Source: Fibrobacter sp.
Lineage (GTDB): Bacteria; Fibrobacterota; Fibrobacteria; Fibrobacterales; Fibrobacteraceae
Length of the DNA stretch: 64,000 nucleotides
NCBI GenBank assembly: GCA_045600425.1
Contig: JAZRXW010000064.1
Span: 15,989-79,988, forward strand
Reading direction: 5' to 3'
The notes under the pieces were generated by a model. It saw nothing but the letters and a program-made list of their open reading frames with translations. It had not been told where the DNA came from and did not search any database. A program made the position numbers and the translations under genes. Shown here piece after piece: positions 31,501 through 40,337 of the stretch (within the stretch, counting starts at the first letter, position 1; each line of letters opens with the position of its first letter).

Positions 31501-32923
31501 TGTATTCGGAAAGGGCTCCGCTTTCATCGCCCTTGGTCACTGCCTTCAGGTTATGACCAGCACCCTTATACTTATAAGAAATTGTCTTACAGCCCTTAAG
31601 TCCGTCATTGATATCCAAACCGAGGGTCACATAAGGATCGTAAGGGTTACTGCCCTGCTTTAGGGAAATTCCCTTTAGGCCTGCCATGAACTTGGAGCTA
31701 TTATCTGCAGTAAGGACTACATCATAGCCGGTCGCATTCTTGGTATTGGAAAGGGAAGACGCACCCTTGTCACCTGAATCCGTAAAGGCAAACCAAGTAT
31801 CCTTTACTCCTGTATATGCGGTGCTATCCCCATCTTCAAAATCATCAATCAAGTTAGCCGTGGTGATGGCAAAGGAAGTACCGCCGGTAGAGCCTTGAGA
31901 ACTGCTGCTCTGTTGCCAGGTAGAGCTGCTGCTTTTGGCAGAAGAACTGGAACTTGCCGGATTAGACGATCCACTCAAGGCAATAGGATTGTTCTTAGCA
32001 AATGTGTAGAAGTCATTACCCGGATCCTTCAAGGTAAGACCGATAACGCCATCTGCAATACGGGCGTTCAGGCTACTCGTACTCAGCCATTCGCCGTAGT
32101 TGTTTTCGGCACCCCCGCCCACGCCGTAACCGTCGTCCGCAATAATCTTTTTGCCACCCATGTAGGAACTAGCCTGGGCCCAGGTAAGCATATTGTTGTT
32201 GTCATTACGAATACGCTCCTGGTTTCCCTGGGTACGTCCACCGGAATTGAAAAGGTAATCTACCTTGCTCTTGTCAAAGTTATCGTACCAGGATTTAAGA
32301 CCTTCGTTCAACCACGGGGAAATATCGACACCAATCTTTGCGTTGGGCAAAATGCCCTTGATTGCCGCTACGATATCATTGAAATACTTACCGGCAAGAT
32401 CTGCATCGGGAATGCCACCGCCCTTCTGGCTAAATCTGCCCTCACGAGCATCGCCGGAAACGGAATACTGGAAAAAGTCCGGTTCGATCAACCAGATGGA
32501 AGTTCCGCTTGTACCATAATCGTTTTTTACGCCATTGGCCAAATCCTTGTAGCGACCAATGATTTCATCCCAATGATTGCGAATCAACTCGGCACCATCG
32601 GTACAATGGTTGGGAGTGCCTACATCGCAGTCCACATTACCGTAATGCTTATCCCACTCCGCAATGATGTAAGCATAAAAAACAGGGGTCAAGCCCTTTT
32701 CCTTACACTTTCTGAGCATGGCACCTTCCCAATAGGTGTTGTAGATAGCTCGAGTACCATCGCCCGCATACATAGCGATATGGGAAAGTCCAGTAAAGTC
32801 AGACAGCTTTTGTGCACCATCCCACATTACACCATAGTTAAAACTGCTTTCACTAAAAGCAGCCAAAGAAGGCATGGCACAAATCGAAAGTGCCGCAGCA
32901 GCTAAACCAAACCTTTTTTTCAT
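28565..32923 (-). CDS. Secreted modular protein: unclassified N-terminal domain, CBM11/CIA30-like module, Cys-rich module, six Ig-like repeats, Ser/Glu linker, T9SS-like C-terminal domain (CTD)
   Basis: Signal peptide, poly-Ser linkers, IDDFEDGD...YVDDLAC module, 6x SGLPKGL...TYTISG repeats, C-terminal VFDLMGH...GNYLVRI...IAIK. Confidence 0.85.
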   Translation of the reverse strand: MKKRFGLAAAALSICAMPSLAAFSESSFNYGVMWDGAQKLSDFTGLSHIAMYAGDGTRAIYNTYWEGAMLRKCKEKGLTPVFYAYIIAEWDKHYGNVDCDVGTPNHCTDGAELIRNHWDEIIGRYKDLANGVKNDYGTSGTSIWLIEPDFFQYSVSGDAREGRFSQKGGGIPDADLAGKYFNDIVAAIKGILPNAKIGVDISPWLNEGLKSWYDNFDKSKVDYLFNSGGRTQGNQERIRNDNNNMLTWAQASSYMGGKKIIADDGYGVGGGAENNYGEWLSTSSLNARIADGVIGLTLKDPGNDFYTFAKNNPIALSGSSNPASSSSSAKSSSSTWQQSSSSQGSTGGTSFAITTANLIDDFEDGDSTAYTGVKDTWFAFTDSGDKGASSLSNTKNATGYDVVLTADNSSKFMAGLKGISLKQGSNPYDPYVTLGLDINDGLKGCKTISYKYKGAGHNLKAVTKGDESGALSEYNYHKLAVSGSTSWQTKTLAPSAMVQEAGWGKTFTLNASNIVKLQWEVKGTASSNYLYVDDLACDGMSIVRTTSSSSSAKSSSSVASSSSAKSSSSVASSSSVLSSSSVASSSSVASSSSVSVSGNCIAYAAGTGGYADHCYNSGLTGMGEGKCYTLNPARDPKTQWVNNNAAETYWWVETSCGEVPSSSSVASSSSVAESSSSVPVVTTFTATATNTVQNIVAGQAIEPIVYKFENVTNISASGLPKGLTGIVDNAAKTYTISGTVDAALSTKDYEYTIAVTGVDSNATVKGVIKVTRAPLVTTFTPSTENTVQNIVAGQAIEPIVYQYKNVKNISASGLPKGLAGVLDEEAGTFTISGTVEASIGTKDFDYTITVIGEDESLTATGTIKVTRAPVIAVLELSSGKSEQSVVAGNAIEPIVYTFDKITSIKIGGVPQGLTAVLDEDAKTYTISGVVDASLGTHDYAYTVETLGADENKTMSGTIKVTRAPVVTVFDLSSANAVQSVVAGNAIDPIVYKYENVTGISVVGLPEGLKGVADEIAKTYTISGVVDAASDTYDYQFKVNVSGKDSNAVVNGTIKVTRAAVVTVFELTGGKSEQSVVAGNAIIPIVYRYENLANVITTGLPKGLSGSLDQTAKTYTISGTIDAGLTDHEYEYTVSVTGVDENTSVTGVIKVVHAPVPTVFDLTSENAVQTVTAGDAIEPIVYSYSNITGIKTSGLPKGLSGALDQKAKTYTISGTVDETLGTHDYDYTVEVSGKDEDVSVAGLIKVVKKVEESSSSEMPVESSSSEEPVQSSSSEEPAVSSSSSEEPVISSSSEEPVVSSSSEQPVESSSSVEPVEESSSSEMPVESSSSEEPVQSSSSEEPAVSSSSSEEPVISSSSEEPVVSSSSEEGPLTIASAVRPVVNFGFTRNVLTVSANNASVKIQVFDLMGHLVQSHSEYVSGTYAMNLEQLTQGNYLVRISSGSQVRTARIAIK
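28836..29179. repeat. Near-identical ~149-bp direct duplication (195-bp period) in the Ser/Glu linker
   Basis: 28836-28984 versus 29031-29179, 2 mismatches by eye. Confidence 0.88.
29180..30885 (-). repeat. Six tandem 285-bp (95-aa) Ig-like domain repeats
   Basis: The ISG-coding segment recurs at 29285, 29570, 29855, 30140, 30425 and 30710. Confidence 0.92.
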
Positions 32924-33022
32924 ACAAGCTCCATGTTATACATCCGACTTGGAATATACGTTTTTTTCCTTATTTTTCCAACGCATTTTTGGACAGCAAA
33001 TACACCAAGGAATCTAAATCAC

Positions 33023-33056
33023 AAAAAAGCGTCCACCGTTTCCGATGGGCGCCTTT
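33023..33056 (-). terminator. Probable intrinsic terminator after the GH5 gene
   Basis: Imperfect GC stem followed by a T run on the minus strand. Confidence 0.55.
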
Positions 33057-33089
33057 ATTCCGCATTTATTCTTTGTTACAGCAATTCTA

Positions 33090-36000
33090 TTACTGCAGGG
33101 AAATACGCTTGGTCATGTTGGAAGAACCCGCACGAACGCGAACCACATAGTTGCCGGTGGCAAGGCTTTCCAGGGAAACTTCACCCTGAACATTCTTGAA
33201 GCTCTTCATGGGACGGCCCTGCATGTCGAACACATCCACGTTCATGAGGCTTGCGCCAGAGAGCTGGAGGGTACGACCGGAGAGCTGAGCGCCCAACTGG
33301 AGTCGGCTAGCAACAGAGCCAATGACCAGCGGCTTGACAGAAGAACTGCTACCCGGATTAACAGCAGAAGAAGAGCTGGAAGCAGGTGCAACAATCTTCA
33401 GACCTTCGCACTTGAAGTTATCCACATAGAGGTAGTTGGGAACAGCGGCGTCACCCTTCACTTCCCAGTGGAAGGCGGAAACCTTGTTCTTGCTCAGGGC
33501 AACCGTTTCACCCCAGCCAGCCTGTTCCAGGTCTGCCCAGGCAATGTTTGCTGTAGTCCAGGAAGTGGAAGCAGGAACTGCTGCGGTGTGGCGATCGTAT
33601 GCGGTCACAGCACCCTTGCCATCACCGGCGAGAATTGCCTTGAAGTTGTGAGCGGCACCGATGTAGTCATAAGAAATTGCCTTGCAGCTGGAGAGATCGT
33701 AGGCTTCATCTTCTTCGGCAAGGTTCAGGCCGAGAGCAACGTAAGGATCGTATTCGTTACCGCCCTGATCCAGCTTGATGTCCTTGAGGCCACCCATTGT
33801 GGTAGAGCCGTTGGTAGCCGGGAAGATCACCACGTAGCCGCCATTTTCAGCATCTTCTTCGTTAGAGAAGGTAGATGCACCCTTGTCGCCCTTGTCGTTA
33901 TAGGCGAACCAGTAGCCGCTAGTGTAAGCCTGGTTATCGCCATCTTCGAAGTCATCCACCATACCGGCAGGAGCTGCAACGACTACGCTGCTGGAAGAAG
34001 TAGGCTTTTCGGAGCTGGAGGAAATTCCCGGATTCACGCTGGAGGAGCTAGTCACGCTACTAGAAGAAGCGACGCTAGAGCTGGACTTTGCAGAGGAGGA
34101 GCTTGCCGGCTTGTCAAAGAATCCGGTACCAGCATTGTAGTAGATGGTCAACTTGCAGGTATTATCGTAAGCGTAGCTGCTGCCATCAGTTGCGGTAATG
34201 TTTGCATAGTAGGCAACGCACTTACCGGAGTACTGGTCATAGCACTGACCGGCACAGGTCTGTTCCGGCTGGGAGCTGGAGGACTGCGGCTTAGCAGAGC
34301 TGGAAGAAGATTTTACGCTGCTGGAGCTTACCGGCTTACTGGAGCTAGAAGATACAGAGCTGGAGGAAGACTTGGCGGAACTGGAGCTGCTCTTGACAGA
34401 GGAAGAGCTGGAACTCGGAGTCACCACGTTAATGGACATGCCGTCGCACATCACATCATCAATATACAGATAGTCGTACTTCAAGGTTGTGGTAGCGGCC
34501 TTTTCGTCGCCCTTCACTTCCCATGCCAACTTGTTCACCGTATTCTTGAACTTGGAAATATCAAAGTGGGTGGCAGCTTCTGCGGTACCCCAGTTGCCCT
34601 GTACCAGATCAGCCCAGTCGATGGTCACAGTCTTCCAATCACCCTGTTCAATAAAACTCGTGGAGTGGTAGTTGTAGTTTTCAACCTTTGTAGACTGAAC
34701 CTTGAAATTGTGAGCTGCACCCTTGTACTTGTAGCTGAAAGTCTTACAAGAGGTCAAATCAAAAGCGGATTCATCCTTGTTGATGTTTAGACCCAAGGCG
34801 ATATAAGGGGCGTACTCGTTTTCACCCTTCACAAGCTTAATACCTGTAGCAGCCAGCATACCCTTGGTGCTGTTGCTGTTATCGGTAGGAACAACTACAG
34901 TCCAACCAGCCTCGCCATCTTCAACAACGGTCTTGTTGCTAATGGAAGACTGACCCTTGTCATCCTTATCGGTGTAGGCATACCAGACGCCACCCGTATA
35001 GGCATACTTGTCAAGGTCTTCAAAGTCATCGAACATATTGGTCTTGCCGCCAGAAACGGTACCACCAACGCTAGAGGAAGAAGCTGCAGAAGAAGAGGAA
35101 TTCACAGCACCAGAACGCCACGGGGCCTTTGCTGCCCAGCTCTGGAGCTGATCATACACATACTTACCGGATTCAGAATAACCGCTATAACTCCAGTTCT
35201 GCGGATTAGTGTAAGAAGACTGGTTTGCAAAGATGGAAGCACTTTCGTCCTTGCTATGCACAGACCAGTTGCACCAAGAAATCTTCTTTTGGTCAAGGTA
35301 GCTCATCCAAGCATCGGAGCTGGACTTGTTATAGCCGCCGTTACCGCTAGCATCCACGGTACCCCATTCCGTAACGAAAACGGTGAGGCCAGCCTGAATT
35401 GCCTGGTTGATACCATTTCTGTAGGTGGGATTGCCACTGTAGGCTCCACCATCCAAGGAATGAGAACCGGCATAGAAGTGGAAGGTATAAGCGACGTTGC
35501 TATCCTTAATCGGATTGGAAACGGCTTCACCCGGGCGAATGGAATATTCGCTGTTACCCACGATAACCAGGTTATCAGTACCACCATTCTGGCGGATTAC
35601 AGGAATCACCTGATCAGCATAAGTCTTAATGGAGCTCCACATATTTGCAGCCATGGGCTCGTTATAAATTTCAAAAATCACGTTGGGATACTTACCCCAC
35701 TTGCTAGCCATGGTCTTGAAGAAGGTCTTAGCATCTTCAGTCTGAGTATGGGCCACATGGGAGTGGAAGTCGATAATGACATAGATACCATTATCGATAG
35801 CTGCCTGAATAACGGTTTCATCAACATTCTGCCAATTGGCCATAGGTCCACCACCCTTGTCGCCACCGACGCCATGGGGAACGCGGATAATTTCGATTTT
35901 CCACTTGTCCACCAAGCCCTTAATCACGCTTGCGGTGTAAAATTCCGAGGACCACACGTCCCAGAACATACTCATACCCTTGAGCTGAACGGGCTGGCCC

Positions 36001-36116
36001 GTCTTCGCACTATAGAGCATGCCATCTTTTGCTTGAAGTTTGCCGTAATAGTCTGCGGGACCTGCGGCAAAAAGCGTCGCTGCTACCAAAAGGCAGAAAG
36101 CAAGTATTTTTTTCAT
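33090..36116 (-). CDS. GH5 (subfamily 2-like) endoglucanase with two CBM11/CIA30-like modules and T9SS-like CTD
   Basis: QLKGMSMFW, YVIIDFH, FEIYNEP (acid/base), YTFHFYA, FVTEWG (nucleophile), ISWCNW. Start at MKKILAF after a GAGG SD. Confidence 0.93.
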   Translation of the reverse strand: MKKILAFCLLVAATLFAAGPADYYGKLQAKDGMLYSAKTGQPVQLKGMSMFWDVWSSEFYTASVIKGLVDKWKIEIIRVPHGVGGDKGGGPMANWQNVDETVIQAAIDNGIYVIIDFHSHVAHTQTEDAKTFFKTMASKWGKYPNVIFEIYNEPMAANMWSSIKTYADQVIPVIRQNGGTDNLVIVGNSEYSIRPGEAVSNPIKDSNVAYTFHFYAGSHSLDGGAYSGNPTYRNGINQAIQAGLTVFVTEWGTVDASGNGGYNKSSSDAWMSYLDQKKISWCNWSVHSKDESASIFANQSSYTNPQNWSYSGYSESGKYVYDQLQSWAAKAPWRSGAVNSSSSAASSSSVGGTVSGGKTNMFDDFEDLDKYAYTGGVWYAYTDKDDKGQSSISNKTVVEDGEAGWTVVVPTDNSNSTKGMLAATGIKLVKGENEYAPYIALGLNINKDESAFDLTSCKTFSYKYKGAAHNFKVQSTKVENYNYHSTSFIEQGDWKTVTIDWADLVQGNWGTAEAATHFDISKFKNTVNKLAWEVKGDEKAATTTLKYDYLYIDDVMCDGMSINVVTPSSSSSSVKSSSSSAKSSSSSVSSSSSKPVSSSSVKSSSSSAKPQSSSSQPEQTCAGQCYDQYSGKCVAYYANITATDGSSYAYDNTCKLTIYYNAGTGFFDKPASSSSAKSSSSVASSSSVTSSSSVNPGISSSSEKPTSSSSVVVAAPAGMVDDFEDGDNQAYTSGYWFAYNDKGDKGASTFSNEEDAENGGYVVIFPATNGSTTMGGLKDIKLDQGGNEYDPYVALGLNLAEEDEAYDLSSCKAISYDYIGAAHNFKAILAGDGKGAVTAYDRHTAAVPASTSWTTANIAWADLEQAGWGETVALSKNKVSAFHWEVKGDAAVPNYLYVDNFKCEGLKIVAPASSSSSAVNPGSSSSVKPLVIGSVASRLQLGAQLSGRTLQLSGASLMNVDVFDMQGRPMKSFKNVQGEVSLESLATGNYVVRVRAGSSNMTKRISLQ

Positions 36117-36328
36117 AGCCAAAACCTCACTGTTTTGTGAATTCCATTTACCAATCTGCAATTTATATCCAAAGATCCCTCAAAAAACCATTTTCAAGAG
36201 CAAAAACGTTTACAACTGTACCCACTGTACTGCAAAATCCACCCCCGCGGAAAAAAAATCTCCAAAACAAAGAAAGGCCCGCGGTTCTGAACTGACCGAA
36301 CCCAGCATCCTGGCGCTTGCGCAATAGG

Positions 36329-36465
36329 GTCCAGGGGAAGGGGGGACGCTTCCCCCACATCCTGATGGCAGGGTGGGAGTCTGGGGGCGGGGCCGCGTCC
36401 CCGCCTCTTTTTGACGTCGGGGGAAAGGAGTCCAGGGGAAGGGGGGACGCATCCCCCTTCCCCTG
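36329..36465. repeat. GC-rich REP-like palindrome cluster
   Basis: GTCCAGGGGAAGGGGGGACGC is identical at 36329-36349 and 36430-36450. A related hairpin lies at ~36377-36407. The last copy folds CAGGGGAAGGGGG/CCCCCTTCCCCTG. Confidence 0.8.
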
Positions 36466-36469
36466 AATG

Positions 36470-36501
36470 AAAAAAAGGCCCCGCATAACGCGGGGCCTTT
36501 T
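36470..36501 (-). terminator. Intrinsic terminator
   Basis: AAAAAAAGGCCCCGC-ATAAC-GCGGGGCCTTTT. Confidence 0.9.
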
Positions 36502-36514
36502 GGAATTCCCTTAA

Positions 36515-36949
36515 TTAGTTTTCGTTGTTGCGCATTTCGGTCTGTTCGCGGTCCATAGTGTGCTGGAGGTATTCCTTGAAGTCGCGGTCGATGTTCACGC
36601 CATCGAAGTCCACGTCATCGTTTTCCAACACGAACACTGCAGACGGGTTATCGAGCCAGCCCACGATGTCCTGGTCATCAAGGGTCATGGACTTGTCGCC
36701 AGCGAGCTGTGCAACGTATTCAATCTTAGACTTGGGAACCCAACCCTGACCGCAAGAACCCTTAACGAGCACGTCAGTGTCAGCTTCCTTCACGATGGTC
36801 ATTTCGTCGTTGAAGCCTGCGGTGCAGACTACAGATCCACCGCCTTTTTCCTTGGTCAGTTCGATGTCACCGAGCTTGGACTTCACCTTCTTGGCGGCAA
36901 AGGACATGCTGACCAGCAATGCGAGAGCAATAAAGAGCACCTTTTTCAT
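36515..36949 (-). CDS. Small exported protein with SH3b-like N-terminus and acidic C-terminal motif
   Basis: Signal peptide, GQGWVPKSKI SH3b-like motif, GAGG SD, own terminator. Confidence 0.75.
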   Translation of the reverse strand: MKKVLFIALALLVSMSFAAKKVKSKLGDIELTKEKGGGSVVCTAGFNDEMTIVKEADTDVLVKGSCGQGWVPKSKIEYVAQLAGDKSMTLDDQDIVGWLDNPSAVFVLENDDVDFDGVNIDRDFKEYLQHTMDREQTEMRNNEN

Positions 36950-37044
36950 ATCAATCCTCAGAATCAGGGTAAAATTTCAAAATGCAATAGGAATATACCT
37001 TTTATTTTTGCTTTTCGTCAAATTTTCTTTTAAATTTTTGCTCT

Positions 37045-38061
37045 ATGAAGAAGATTTTACTTTTTTTGATAGTTATCGCGGCCATTATCGGGGGCATTTT
37101 CGCCTCCAACGTCAAATCCAGAATGGAAAACCCTGCCCAAAACCAGGATTCGGTCCTTATTCAGGTGCCCAAGGGCAGCACACCTGTCAAGGTATTCCAA
37201 ATCCTAAAGGAAAAGGGAATCTGGGATGACGAACTGGCATACAAAGCCGTTATCCGCCAGCAGAAGCCTGTTTTGAAAGCCGGATGGTTCGAAATTCCAG
37301 CAGGAAAGACCCTTCCCGAAATTCTAGCCATCATAGAAAGCGGGAAAAACGCGGTAAGAAAGGTGACTATTCCCGAAGGCCGGGCCTCCTGGGAAATTCC
37401 CGCCTATTTAAAGAAGGCCTTCCCCAAGTTGGACGACTCCCGCTGGAACGCCCTGGTTCAAGACGCCCAATTCGCCAAATCTCTCGGCATCGAAGCTCCC
37501 TCCCTTGAAGGCTACCTGCTTCCGGACACCTATCCCTTCCCTATTGATGCAACCGAAGAAACCATACTGAAGCAGATGGTGGCAGCCAACCTGAAAATCC
37601 GCGACGAGTTCAAGACAAAGTCCGACGGCTCCATGTGGTCCACCCTAGGCAGTTGGCACAAGGTGCTGACTCTAGCCAGCGTCGTGGAAGAAGAAACTGG
37701 CATTCCTTCGGAACGTCCCCTGATTGCAGGCGTATTCCACAACCGTCTGCGAATCGGAATGCCCCTGGGAGCCGACCCCACGGTACGGTTCATCTTCAAA
37801 AATCTCACGGGCCCAATCTACAAGAGCCAGTTAAACAGCGACAATCCTTATAACACCCGCAAGTTCAAAGGACTCATGCCAGGCCCCATCTCCAACCCGG
37901 GACGCAAGGCTATTGAGGCAACGCTCTTCCCCACTACTACAGATGCTCTTTACTTTGTTGCAAAAGACGACGGTTCCATGACACACTTCTTTAGCAGCAA
38001 TCTGGCAGATCACAACAAGTATAAAGATGTAGCCGCCAAGAACCGTGGCGAAAAGAAATAA
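37045..38061 (+). CDS. mltG: Endolytic transglycosylase MltG
   Basis: VTIPEG, LEGYLLPDTY, LASVVEEE, ADPTV, PYNTR...GPISNPG, LYFVA. Confidence 0.95.
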   Translation: MKKILLFLIVIAAIIGGIFASNVKSRMENPAQNQDSVLIQVPKGSTPVKVFQILKEKGIWDDELAYKAVIRQQKPVLKAGWFEIPAGKTLPEILAIIESGKNAVRKVTIPEGRASWEIPAYLKKAFPKLDDSRWNALVQDAQFAKSLGIEAPSLEGYLLPDTYPFPIDATEETILKQMVAANLKIRDEFKTKSDGSMWSTLGSWHKVLTLASVVEEETGIPSERPLIAGVFHNRLRIGMPLGADPTVRFIFKNLTGPIYKSQLNSDNPYNTRKFKGLMPGPISNPGRKAIEATLFPTTTDALYFVAKDDGSMTHFFSSNLADHNKYKDVAAKNRGEKK

Positions 38062-38063
38062 CG

Positions 38064-40337
38064 CTAGAATCTGTAGGTTCCGACCTTAATGAAATAAGTG
38101 TAATCCTTCAATTCCTTTAAGTTCTTAAAGGAATCTGTATCGACGACTCTACTTATACCTGCGCTCACGTCTATTGATTTATAGGCAAAGCGAAGCGTCG
38201 GTTCTAGGATAAAACGGTTCTGGTTGAGCAAGGTATAGGGACCGTTTTCAAAATCGTGATAGTAGGCAGCAAATAGCCACAGTCCAAAATACTTTCCGTG
38301 AAGGGAGGCGCTACCGCGAAGCAATGCGTATTCATGGGACGACAGTTCAGGATTGTACCATTCCAAAGACCAGGGCGTGGCAGCTGCATGAAACTGGTAG
38401 GCCACATCAATGGGGGCACAATCAAAGGAACGAGGGTAAACGTATCCGTGACCTTCTTCATGATAACGCTGAACCCCGCCGGAGGCTCCAACGGTGAAGG
38501 TAGTGTATGATGTCGGCGATACAGTAAAGCGGGCATCCGCCATAAACTTCCAGAAGATGGGAACAACATCGGCAATACCAAAATTAAAGCCAATGCTTTC
38601 CATACCAGCGCCTACGTCAATGGAAAAACCATCCAGCGAATACCAAGGAGACTTACCGCCTCGATTGAAGGTATAGCGAATCATGGGATTTACAGGATAT
38701 GTTTTCAGAGTTCGTTTTCCATACAGCGACGGATCCAAATCAAAGAAACGACGTTCAAACAGCAAGTCCAAAAGAACATTCTGGTTCTCGTCCAGCTGAT
38801 AGACGATAGACATGGCAAAATCGTGTCTGGTTTCCGTCTGCACTCTAAAGAACGGCAGGATGTCATTGTTAAAACTCTTGAGAGGGCGAAGAACCATAAA
38901 GTCATAGCCCAAGTTAAGAGACCAGTGTCTGTTCAAAAGTCTAGCAACACGCAGGTGGGGTCCCACTCCGTAAGAAGAACTTCCCCAGAAACCCTTTAGG
39001 ACAAGTTCAATTTCCATCTGGGTCACAAAATTCAAAGAGGCCTCAAGATAGGCATTGGCCCCGAGGGCATTGGAACCGAAACCGCCAGCAGCCAATTCAT
39101 AAACAGGATGGACAGCGGCCCCCACCATCAAGTTTCCATCAGGTTGCATCGTCAACGTCAACGAATCATAAGCAGGCGTTTCAGCCAAGCTGTAGGCAAA
39201 ATTCGTAGGGGCAACAAAGCCAGTATCACTCTGAGTCCAGTGAGTCTTAATCGGGGTATGCAATTCCGAAGATACCTGGTCAAAAGCGGGAGTAAAACGA
39301 AACCACGGCTTTGCCGCATCGGTCTTCATGGCAGAATAATCTTCACGACGCTTCGTTGCGTTTTTCAGTTCTTGCAAGCGGCGTTCCACTGCGGAAAAGC
39401 CCGCCTGTATCCAAGCATTTTTTGCAGTATCCAGAATGGTATGAGCCCGAATGATAACACCGGGCTGGTTGACCAAATGTTCGGAAGCCTGCTGGTAGAG
39501 AATTCGATCCCGAGCGTCCCCAGCCACTTCACTACGGAGAGGTTCTGCCACAGCAATGAGGGCTGTTTCATCCGGGCGGTCTTCTGCGGGATAGGCAAAA
39601 TGGGGGCAGAGTTCTCCAGAAATTTTTTTGCCATTCCAAAGCGGCAAACTTTCCATAACTGATTCAATGGAATTACCTAAGGACTCGCCGTTGCACCCCA
39701 AGACCGAGAACGGCTTTTTATAGCCTGAACGCTGGCGGTACAAGCTTTCCTGGAGACGCAGTTTTGCAAGCCCCCGTTTTACCGCAAGAGAATCCGCCTG
39801 CAAGGGAAGGAAACGTCTGTGACGATTTCCCGAGGAATCTTTCTGCAGGGTAAAACGCTGCCTTAAGGAACTAACACCATCCAGAGACAGGTAAAATTCA
39901 TCCCCATCTTTAGAGAACAGCTGTTCCCGGGAAAGATCCTTCCCTACAAAATTTACAACGGCAGAATCCAGCAAAATCCGTTGGATTTCATCTAAGGGAA
40001 GTCCCCGAGACCAAAGCGACCCGACCAAAGCACCCCACGATGTTCCCACTACAGAGTCTACCGGGACTCCATATTCTTCAATAGCATAAAGTACCCCAAG
40101 ATAAAACCACGGGGAACGTTCCCCTCCCCCGAGGTACAAAACGGACTTTATTGAAGGAGAAATCGTCTGCTGGAGAAGTTCCTGCGACAAGGTATCCACT
40201 GGATTGGCGGCAACTCCAAGAGGCAAGTGACGAGAAACATCTGCCTCCGAAGAATCCGCAATCACCTGAGAAAAAGCGGGTACAACAAGACAGGCCGCAA
40301 CAGCAGCCGTCCTAACCCGCCCAATTAATTTATCCAA
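38064..40337 (-). CDS. Patatin-like domain + C-terminal outer-membrane beta-barrel protein (PlpD-like)
   Basis: LYLGGGERS...LGVL and VGTSWGALVG. Alternating beta-strand pattern ending in YFIKVGTYRF. Start uncertain: TTG at 40337 overlaps the upstream stop; the track gives 40409. Confidence 0.72.
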   Translation of the reverse strand: MDKLIGRVRTAAVAACLVVPAFSQVIADSSEADVSRHLPLGVAANPVDTLSQELLQQTISPSIKSVLYLGGGERSPWFYLGVLYAIEEYGVPVDSVVGTSWGALVGSLWSRGLPLDEIQRILLDSAVVNFVGKDLSREQLFSKDGDEFYLSLDGVSSLRQRFTLQKDSSGNRHRRFLPLQADSLAVKRGLAKLRLQESLYRQRSGYKKPFSVLGCNGESLGNSIESVMESLPLWNGKKISGELCPHFAYPAEDRPDETALIAVAEPLRSEVAGDARDRILYQQASEHLVNQPGVIIRAHTILDTAKNAWIQAGFSAVERRLQELKNATKRREDYSAMKTDAAKPWFRFTPAFDQVSSELHTPIKTHWTQSDTGFVAPTNFAYSLAETPAYDSLTLTMQPDGNLMVGAAVHPVYELAAGGFGSNALGANAYLEASLNFVTQMEIELVLKGFWGSSSYGVGPHLRVARLLNRHWSLNLGYDFMVLRPLKSFNNDILPFFRVQTETRHDFAMSIVYQLDENQNVLLDLLFERRFFDLDPSLYGKRTLKTYPVNPMIRYTFNRGGKSPWYSLDGFSIDVGAGMESIGFNFGIADVVPIFWKFMADARFTVSPTSYTTFTVGASGGVQRYHEEGHGYVYPRSFDCAPIDVAYQFHAAATPWSLEWYNPELSSHEYALLRGSASLHGKYFGLWLFAAYYHDFENGPYTLLNQNRFILEPTLRFAYKSIDVSAGISRVVDTDSFKNLKELKDYTYFIKVGTYRF

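Noticed and set aside
28682-36140. Plus-strand ORFs (340, 336, 581 and 294 aa and others)
   Set aside because: Antisense to the two modular secreted genes. Their repeats mirror the poly-Ser linkers.
36163-36486. Pro/Gly-rich short ORFs (107 and 80 aa)
   Set aside because: They arise from the GC-rich palindromic repeats and start in or near a terminator.
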